NCBI GenBank assembly: GCA_965199715.1
Contig: OZ241322.1
Coordinates: forward strand, 2,189,486-2,253,485
Reading direction: 5' to 3'
DNA: 64,000 bases
From: Vicinamibacteria bacterium
Lineage (GTDB): Bacteria > Acidobacteriota > Vicinamibacteria > Marinacidobacterales > Marinacidobacteraceae
The notes under the pieces are model-generated. The model searched no databases. It had not been told where the DNA came from and saw only the letters and a list, made by a program, of their open reading frames with translations. The first letter of the stretch is position 1. Every line of letters begins with the position of its first letter. Positions 29,770 to 36,662 of the stretch are shown piece after piece. The position numbers were made by a program, and so were the translations under genes.

Positions 29770-30615
29770 ATGTGCGGGCGGCTCCTCGAGGTGCTCGTCA
29801 TCGCGCCGCAGGGGGCCATGTGGAGCCATCCCGCGGGCTACCGGGAACTCGGCTACCTGCATCCGCCCGAACCAGACTTGGCCGCCCGGCAGCATCGTGC
29901 GCTGCGCTCCGAACTGGCCGGGTTCGGCGCCAGGGTTCGCGAAGCCGCGCCGACGGGGCTGTCCGCCGACGCGGTGTATTGCCACGACGCCTCGTTCCCG
30001 ACGCCCCGGGGCATGGTGCTGATGCGCATGGGCAAGCCGGCGCGGGCCGCCGAGCCGGAGGCGCATCGGGCGCTCTACCGTGAAATGGACATTCCCGTGA
30101 TCGGCGCGATCGAGGCGCCGGGGGTGATGGAGGGCGGCGATCTCGTCTGGCTGGACGAGCGCACGGTGCTCGCCGGGGAGGGTTACCGGACCGACGCGGC
30201 GGGGATCGCGCAGCTTGCCGCGTTGCTCGCTCCCGACGGCGTGGAGGTGATCGCGTCGGCGCTGCCGCACGGGGACGGGCCGGCGTGCTGCCTCCACCTG
30301 ATGTCCCTCATCAGCGTGCTCGACTCGCGGACGATGGTCGCCGATCCGCGCTTTCTCGCCGTGCCCACGATGAAGCTGCTGGAGGATCGCCGGTTCCGGC
30401 TGATCCCGATCGTGGACGAGGAGCGGGAGACCATGGCTGCGAACGTGCTCGCGCTCGGCCACGGGGAGCTTCTCGCGATCGAGGCCAACGAGCGCACGAA
30501 CGAGCGGCTCGAGGGCGCCGGGTTCCGGGTCCGGACCTATCCCGGCTCGGAGATCAGCCAGAACGGTTCGGGCGGTCCCACCTGCCTCACGCGACCGATC
30601 CGGAGGGCGCAGTGA
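29770..30615 (+). CDS. DDAH / amidinotransferase-superfamily enzyme (dimethylarginine dimethylaminohydrolase / arginine-deiminase-like fold)
   Basis: ~281 aa. C-terminal catalytic Cys motif SEISQNGSGGPTCLTRPI is typical of the guanidino-group-modifying enzyme superfamily. The overall order of blocks resembles DDAH. An alternative GTG start at 29731 overlaps the HNH stop (GTGA). Confidence 0.7.
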   Translation: MCGRLLEVLVIAPQGAMWSHPAGYRELGYLHPPEPDLAARQHRALRSELAGFGARVREAAPTGLSADAVYCHDASFPTPRGMVLMRMGKPARAAEPEAHRALYREMDIPVIGAIEAPGVMEGGDLVWLDERTVLAGEGYRTDAAGIAQLAALLAPDGVEVIASALPHGDGPACCLHLMSLISVLDSRTMVADPRFLAVPTMKLLEDRRFRLIPIVDEERETMAANVLALGHGELLAIEANERTNERLEGAGFRVRTYPGSEISQNGSGGPTCLTRPIRRAQ

Positions 30616-30884
30616 AGCGGCGGAAGCTGGCGGGGTTCCTGACTTTCCTCGCGTTTCTCCTGCTCGTCGCGTACGTCGTCCGTTCCACCATGAGCATGGG
30701 CGGCTCCCGTTGCGAGGTCACGATGACGATGAGCGGTCGGACGGCCACGGTCGGGGCCCGGGGGGCGACGCCCGCCGACGCGACTCGGGCCGCGATCACC
30801 GGGGCCTGCGCCCGGATCGCCAACGGGCGCACCGAGAACATCCTCTGCCTCGACTCACCGCCGCTCGCCGTCTCCTGTCAGTGA
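30612..30884 (+). CDS. Small membrane-anchored Cys-containing protein (90 aa), hypothetical
   Basis: GTG overlaps the DDAH-like stop (GTGA). MKRRKLAGFLTFLAFLLLVAYVV TM anchor, then a soluble tail with 4 Cys. Its 3' end overlaps the convergent minus-strand ORF by ~30 nt. Confidence 0.4.
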   Translation: MKRRKLAGFLTFLAFLLLVAYVVRSTMSMGGSRCEVTMTMSGRTATVGARGATPADATRAAITGACARIANGRTENILCLDSPPLAVSCQ

Positions 30885-31314
30885 CGCGAGCGGCGTGACC
30901 GTTCCGTCGGGCCGCGCGACGAACGCCTCGGTTGGAGTCTTCCAGACCGCGCGCACCGCGAATCGCCAGCGCCGCGCCCGCGCGACCGTCCCCCGGTCGC
31001 CCGTGGGGGCCATGACCATGACGGCCGCGCGGTCCGGGCCGCGGATCGCGCTCGGCACGGTCACGAGGAACGGCCGCCCGGCCCGGTCCCGCAGCGCCGC
31101 CCGCACGTCGCTGCGCAGTTCGCCGGGACGCTCTTCCAGCCACGATCCGGCGGCGCGGGCGAGGGCGGTGGCTTCCCGGACGACCGCTTCCCGATCCCGG
31201 GCGGCGACGACGCGGCGATCCAGCATCCGCTCCGCCGCCGCGGCGTCGGCTTCGAGACCCTCGGCGATCCGCGCCAGCAGCAGGTGGGCGAGCCGCCGGG
31301 TCGCCGCGCTCACT
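30855..31314 (-). CDS. Hypothetical protein (~153 aa) translationally coupled to the AddAB-fusion gene
   Basis: GTG start overlaps the addAB-fusion stop (GAGTGAGCG = GTGA coupling). MSAATRRLAHLLLARIAEGLEADAAAAERMLDRRVVAARDREAVVREATALARAAGSW...PFLVTVPSAIRGPDRAAVMVMAPTGDRGTVARARRWRF... Not matched to a known family by eye. Confidence 0.4.
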
Positions 31315-34300
31315 CGCTCGCCGACGGCGGCAGCACCTTCAGCTTGTGGCGCTTCCAGTGGATCTCCGGCTGCGGCTTCTTGGCCGTCATCGCCGCCGCG
31401 CCCCACAGATCGCCCGGCAGCAGCTTCGCGAGGCCGCCCGCAGCGGTCGGCGCGCCGTCCTTCTTGAACCCGGTCACGCCGGAAAGCGTCAGGCTGCGGC
31501 GCGCCCGGGTCATCGCCACGTAGAGACAGCGTCGCTCCTCGGCGGCGCTCCGGCCCGCGTCCTGGACCTGCCAGTGGCTCGAGTCGCCGATCAGCGCGAT
31601 GCTCCAGTCCCCCTCGTCGCTCTCCTGGACCCGCAGCCCGGAGCCCCATCCGCCGATCCTCGCGTTCAGATCGACCGCCAGCACGTGGTCGTACTCCAGG
31701 CCCTTGGCGGCGTGGATGGTGAGCACCTGCACCGCTCCCGCCGCCCGCAGCGGCGCCTGGGTCGCGTCGTGGCCGTCGCCGCCCGCCGACTCGAGATGCC
31801 GGGCGGCGTCGGCGAACGTCGCGAAGCCGCTCCGCTCCACTCGCTGGACGTGGTGGAGCGCCTTCTCCACGTTCGCCTCCTGCTGGCGCCCCTCGAACGC
31901 CCCGCCGGTCGCCCGCACCCGGTCGAGATAGCCGGTCTCCTCGAGGATCCGCCGCAGCGCGAGCGACGGCGGCAGTTGGCGCGACAGCTTGATCCACGCC
32001 GGCGCGACCCGGCCGGCCTCCGCCAGCGGGCCGTCCGCTTCGATGCGCCCGTTCAGCAGGTCCGCGAACGGCGTCGCCGCCCCGTGATCCCGGGCGCGAA
32101 GCTCCGCCAGCGCGCCGGCGGGGATCGCGAAGAAGCGCGAGCGCAGCAGCTCGACCGCGCGCAGGTCGGACGACGGGCGGGCGAGGAACCGGCAGAGCCC
32201 GGTCAGGTCGAGCACTTCGGATGAGTCGAAGAACCCGGCTCCCTTGACGAGGTACGTGGGAACCCCGAGCCGCTCCACTGCGTCCCGGTAGAGCCCGAGC
32301 CGGGAGGCGGCGCGGGCGAGGATCGCGATGCGGTCGAGCGGAACCCCCCGGGCGGCGAGCGCCGCGATCCGGGCGGCGACCCGCCGCGCCGCTTCGTCGT
32401 GGTCCTGGGCGACCGCGACCGACAGCGGGATCTCCTCCGCCGGCCCCTCGTCCATCGGGCCGGCCTCTTCGGGGAAGCGGTCGTCGTCGTCGTAGCGGAA
32501 GCTCCAGTCGCGGTCGGCCTCGCGGTCGGCCTGCGCGATCGCGGCTGCCGTGTCGTTCACGAACGAGCGCAGCGGGCCGGTGGAGCGGAAGTTCCACCGG
32601 AGCGCGAGGCGGGGATGGGTCTTCGGGCGCATCCGCTCCCGGATCCAGTTCTCGGTGCGGTTCAGGATCTCGACCCGAGCGCTGCGGAAGCGGTAGATGG
32701 ACTGCTTGTGGTCGCCCACCACGAACAGCGTCGGCGCGCCCAGCCGGCCCCCGGTGACCCGGCGCACTTCCTCGGCGGCCAGCCCCTCGCCGCTCGTCCA
32801 CGGTTCGGCGATCGCCCGGAGCAGCTCCCACTGCGGGTCGCTCGTGTCCTGGAACTCGTCGAGAAGCAGGTGGTGGTAGCGGGACTCCAGCCGGAACCGG
32901 CTCTCGGCGAACTCCCCGGTCGCGCCCAGCAGATTCGTGGCGGCGACGGTGAGATCGTCGAAGTCCATGACCCCGCGGTCTTCCTTGAGCCGCTGGTACT
33001 CCGCCTCGACCGCCTGGAGCAGCCGCCAGACCGGGTCGAACGTCCGCTCGTTCAGCGAGTCCAGCCACTCGACGTTGAACTCCCTGAGCAGCGGCCGCAG
33101 CTTCCTGTACTCCGCCATGACCGGACGAAGGGGACCCTTGAGGTGCTTCGGAGCCGTCTTGAGGCCGAGCGGAATCCACTCCAGCAACGCTTCCCGGTCG
33201 AGCGCGTCGCGGGAGCCGGCCTGCTCCGACAGCTTCAGCGCGAGGCGCACCGGGGTCGGCAGCTTGCCGTCGTAGCCCGCGAGAATCCGCCGCGCGTCGG
33301 CCTCGACCCCGCGGAACCCGTCGCGCAGCGCCGGCCGGGGCCGGGGAGCCCCTCCGGCCGCCGCCCGGCTCTCGAAGGTGCGCCGCCAGGTGAGCCGGTT
33401 CTGCAAGTAACCCGCCGCCACCCCGTCCAGCCGGGCGAGGCTCTTGCCGAGCAGCGGCAGTTCCGCGAGCAGCTTGCGGTCGAAGCCGGTCGCCCCGGTG
33501 AGCACCCGGCCGATGGCCTCGGCCTGCACGACCGGCATCTCGCGCTCGTCCAGCACTTCCGCGCCGGGGGCCACGCCGGCGTCCAACGGGAACTCGCGGA
33601 TCAGCCCGAGGTTGAAGGCGTCGAGCGTCGAGACCTGCACCTCGCCGAGATCGGGGCGGCGGGTCCACTCCTCGCGCATCTCCGGCTGCGCGAGCCGGGC
33701 CACGATCCGGTCCTTCATTTCCGCGGCGGCCTTGCGGGTGAAGGTGAGCGCGAGGACGTTGCGGGGCGGGACCCCGGCGCGGATCAGGTTCACGTACCGC
33801 TCGGTGAGCACCGTCGTCTTGCCGGTGCCGGCGGACGCGGCGAGCACTGCGTGGCGCCTCGGGTCGGCGGCCGCCCGGCGGGCCGCGTGGTCGCTCGGCG
33901 TGAACGCGACCGGGGTCCGGGGCGGGGCCTGGGGCGCCGGCGCCCCAGGGACGAGCGTCCGCGCCGGCTCCGGCTCGTCGGGGAGGTCGGGGCGCAGCGG
34001 CAGCGGGCGGTCGAACGGGCGCAGCCGCGCCGGGAACTCCCCGGCGGCGAGCCCGTCGCGGACCTCCCGGATGCGCTTGTCGATCTCCCCGGCGCCGTCG
34101 TCGCCCACCCACGTGCGGTCCTTGAAGAAGGGAACCACGAACGAGTCCGCGCCGACCAGCCGGGCGTAGAGCCGGGCCTGCAGGCGCGCCGCGTCCTTGC
34201 CGCGCGACGAGCCCGACTTGAGCTCGACGACCCGCAGCCCGTCCGGGGTCCGGTCCACCCGATCCACTTTGCCCCGGACGTGCAGCGCGGGGAGCGACCC

Positions 34301-36625
34301 GGTCGCCGGCTCGACGATCCCGTCCAGCTCGCCTTCGACCTGGACCGGCTGCGCGGGGCCGCGCTCCGCCTCCTCGCGCAGGTACCACTCCAGCGCCGAC
34401 GGATGCGAGTCCCCGCCGAACAACCACAGCTCCTCGGCGGCGGAAGCGTCCTCGCCCATGCCGGGGGCGATCGACGAGCGGAAGCGTCGCCGGTAGAACT
34501 CGAGCGCGTCGTCGATCGTCGCTTCGGTGAGCGGCCCGAAGCGGCGGAAGAACTCGGGCGCGGCTTCCAGCAGCTTGTGGACGCGGTCGCCCCGGGCGAT
34601 CGCGGAGCCGAAGTCGTTCAGCGTCTCTTCCCGGGGGAGCCGCAGCACCCGGTCGAGAAAGAACTGCGCCGGGTTCGCCGCGTACAGCGTCAGCGCCGAG
34701 GGCGACACCCAACGACCGAGGTCCACCGCCGAGGGGGCCGTCCGCTCGAGGCTGCGCGGCAGCGGGACCGCGGCCGGGTCGGGGATCCGTTCGGGAAGGG
34801 AGACCGGCGCGCGCTCCTCCGGGTTCGCCCCGAGCGCCTCGCCGAGGCTCGCGAAGATCGGGGATTCGCCGGCGGGGAAGCCGTCCTCGAGCTCGGCCCG
34901 AGCGAAGCCCGCCGCCTTGCGGGGAAGCGTCGCGAACGCGCGCAGCAGGCGCCGCTCCCGCCGCCGCGCCTCCGAGAGTCGCTTGCGGGTCGCGTCCTCC
35001 AGAACCCTCGTCGGAAGGAAGATGTTCCCGGCGCGGGGGCCGGGCCAGTCGGCGTCGCCGACCCCCAGCAGCACGACGCAGTCGTAGTCGCCGAAGGGGG
35101 CGTCCTCGGCCTGGATCAGGTGGACGCCGTCGCGTCCTCGATACCGGACCGTCCGCTGGCGCCGCAACTGGCGGCGGACGCGGTCCCGGAACCGGGCCGG
35201 CGTTCCGACCGGAGTCGCGGGCAGCGCGGGATCCGCCGCCCGCCGCAGCGCGTCCATGGCCGGCTCCGGCCCGCCGGGAAAGCAGTCCTCGACGAAGCCG
35301 ACGAAGCACTCCACCGCCTCGTGGAAGGGCGTTTCCGGGTTCTGGATCGGCGCGAGCCGGCGGGCGTGCTCGGCGAGCCGGGCGAGAACGCGCGCAGCGA
35401 CCCGCAGTTCCCGCTCCCGGCGTTCGTCGCCTTCCGGCGGTTCGACGAGCTTCCCGAGGTTCGCCGGATCGTGAGTGTCGCGCACGTCCTCGTAGGCCAG
35501 GCGCGGCTCGGCGACGTCGGCGAGCCGCGCCGGGGCGTTCCCGAGCGCCTGGTCGCGAAAGAACGGGCTCCGCAGGAGCGCGAACCCGTTCGAGAGGCGG
35601 CCCGGAGCCTCGGCGAAGGCCAGCGCGTCGTCGAGCGCCGCCGGCCACGGCTCCTCGGCGAGCGACGGCTGGAAGTCGGTCTGGAACGGGATCCCCGCGG
35701 CGGCGAGATCGTCCGCGTACGCCGCCGGGCGCCGCGCCGCGACCGCGCAGCGCTCGTACGAACCGAAGCCCGCGAGCATCGCGGCGGCCGCGCGGGTCTC
35801 GCCGGCGCGGTCGGTCGTCCGGAAGAGGATGGATCCGTCGCCGGGGACGAACAGGCGCGGCGCCGGGGCCGCGACCGAATCGGCGCGGACCTCGTCGGCG
35901 GTCCAGCCCGGCGGGAGCGCGGGCGCCGCCTCGTCCTCCAGCAGCAGGAAGTCGAGCCCGCCGACGATCGTCGCGAGGATCTCCGCGTCGGCGATCCCGA
36001 CGGCGTCCCCGCCGCCGACGCGGACCCGGGACCACGGGGCCTCGGGCGGCCGGGCCAGCAACCGCCGCCGCGCCAGGTCGAGATCGCAGCGGCCCGACGT
36101 CTCGAGCCCCTCGACGTAGCCCCGGTGCGCGGACTCCAGCCAGCCGGTCAACCGCAGCAGCCGTTCCGCCCCCTCGTCGGTCCCCCGGGCCTCTTCGAAG
36201 GTCCGCCGGGCGCGCTCCAGCAGCGCGTGGAACGCCGGCCGGTCCGGCGCGATCGGGCGGTCGCGCGCCTGCTCGTCGAAAAGGCGCAGCAGCGGCCCGG
36301 CTAGGCGCAGCGGATTGCCCTTCGGCGCCCCCGGATCGTCCGCCGCGGCGAGCACCGCGCTCTCCATGAGCAGCGAGCGTTCGAGCGGCGTGGCGAGGGT
36401 TCCGGGCGGGTCGGCGCGCAGCAGCAGCTCGGCGAGAGCCTCCGCTGCGGTCCGAACCTGCGGAAGCTCGGCGGCCGGGCGGTCGGGGGCGAGCAGCCGG
36501 TCGCGCAACGCTCGTTCGAGCGCCCGGCTCGCGCCCGACGACGGAGTCAGGATCAGGCCCGAGGCGTCCCCGGCGAGCCGCTCCCGCAGCGTCCGCCAGT
36601 CCCGACAGCGGACGATCCGGATCAC
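31310..36625 (-). CDS. Fused AddB-like (inactive helicase + PD-(D/E)xK RecB nuclease) and AddA/UvrD-like helicase, single 1771-aa polypeptide
   Basis: Residues ~1-880 have no Walker A but carry the RecB nuclease motif (GKVDRVDRTPDGLRVVELKSGSS). Residues ~890-1771 are a UvrD/AddA helicase: Walker A AVLAASAGTGKTTVLTERY, motif II LLLDEFQDTSDPQWELL, VGDHKQSIYRFR, and motif VI region RRCLYVAMTRARRSLTL near the C-terminus. No C-terminal nuclease domain on the helicase part. Confidence 0.85.
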   Translation of the reverse strand: MIRIVRCRDWRTLRERLAGDASGLILTPSSGASRALERALRDRLLAPDRPAAELPQVRTAAEALAELLLRADPPGTLATPLERSLLMESAVLAAADDPGAPKGNPLRLAGPLLRLFDEQARDRPIAPDRPAFHALLERARRTFEEARGTDEGAERLLRLTGWLESAHRGYVEGLETSGRCDLDLARRRLLARPPEAPWSRVRVGGGDAVGIADAEILATIVGGLDFLLLEDEAAPALPPGWTADEVRADSVAAPAPRLFVPGDGSILFRTTDRAGETRAAAAMLAGFGSYERCAVAARRPAAYADDLAAAGIPFQTDFQPSLAEEPWPAALDDALAFAEAPGRLSNGFALLRSPFFRDQALGNAPARLADVAEPRLAYEDVRDTHDPANLGKLVEPPEGDERRERELRVAARVLARLAEHARRLAPIQNPETPFHEAVECFVGFVEDCFPGGPEPAMDALRRAADPALPATPVGTPARFRDRVRRQLRRQRTVRYRGRDGVHLIQAEDAPFGDYDCVVLLGVGDADWPGPRAGNIFLPTRVLEDATRKRLSEARRRERRLLRAFATLPRKAAGFARAELEDGFPAGESPIFASLGEALGANPEERAPVSLPERIPDPAAVPLPRSLERTAPSAVDLGRWVSPSALTLYAANPAQFFLDRVLRLPREETLNDFGSAIARGDRVHKLLEAAPEFFRRFGPLTEATIDDALEFYRRRFRSSIAPGMGEDASAAEELWLFGGDSHPSALEWYLREEAERGPAQPVQVEGELDGIVEPATGSLPALHVRGKVDRVDRTPDGLRVVELKSGSSRGKDAARLQARLYARLVGADSFVVPFFKDRTWVGDDGAGEIDKRIREVRDGLAAGEFPARLRPFDRPLPLRPDLPDEPEPARTLVPGAPAPQAPPRTPVAFTPSDHAARRAAADPRRHAVLAASAGTGKTTVLTERYVNLIRAGVPPRNVLALTFTRKAAAEMKDRIVARLAQPEMREEWTRRPDLGEVQVSTLDAFNLGLIREFPLDAGVAPGAEVLDEREMPVVQAEAIGRVLTGATGFDRKLLAELPLLGKSLARLDGVAAGYLQNRLTWRRTFESRAAAGGAPRPRPALRDGFRGVEADARRILAGYDGKLPTPVRLALKLSEQAGSRDALDREALLEWIPLGLKTAPKHLKGPLRPVMAEYRKLRPLLREFNVEWLDSLNERTFDPVWRLLQAVEAEYQRLKEDRGVMDFDDLTVAATNLLGATGEFAESRFRLESRYHHLLLDEFQDTSDPQWELLRAIAEPWTSGEGLAAEEVRRVTGGRLGAPTLFVVGDHKQSIYRFRSARVEILNRTENWIRERMRPKTHPRLALRWNFRSTGPLRSFVNDTAAAIAQADREADRDWSFRYDDDDRFPEEAGPMDEGPAEEIPLSVAVAQDHDEAARRVAARIAALAARGVPLDRIAILARAASRLGLYRDAVERLGVPTYLVKGAGFFDSSEVLDLTGLCRFLARPSSDLRAVELLRSRFFAIPAGALAELRARDHGAATPFADLLNGRIEADGPLAEAGRVAPAWIKLSRQLPPSLALRRILEETGYLDRVRATGGAFEGRQQEANVEKALHHVQRVERSGFATFADAARHLESAGGDGHDATQAPLRAAGAVQVLTIHAAKGLEYDHVLAVDLNARIGGWGSGLRVQESDEGDWSIALIGDSSHWQVQDAGRSAAEERRCLYVAMTRARRSLTLSGVTGFKKDGAPTAAGGLAKLLPGDLWGAAAMTAKKPQPEIHWKRHKLKVLPPSASE

Positions 36626-36626
36626 G

Positions 36627-36660
36627 CCGGGAGCCTAAGCCGTTTTCGGTAGGCTCCCGG
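36627..36660. promoter_or_regulatory. Perfect 10-bp inverted repeat (CCGGGAGCCT-N14-AGGCTCCCGG) filling the whole 36-bp divergent intergenic region
   Basis: Read directly in sequence between the addAB-fusion start (minus) and the nagZ-bla fusion ATG (plus). The spacer AAGCCGTTTTCGGT is itself near-palindromic. Candidate shared operator or structured leader. Confidence 0.35.
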
Positions 36661-36662
36661 AC

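Noticed and set aside
29581-30462. 293-aa minus-strand ORF opposite the DDAH-like gene
   Set aside because: His/Arg-rich junk translation. The sense strand has a catalytic-Cys DDAH signature.
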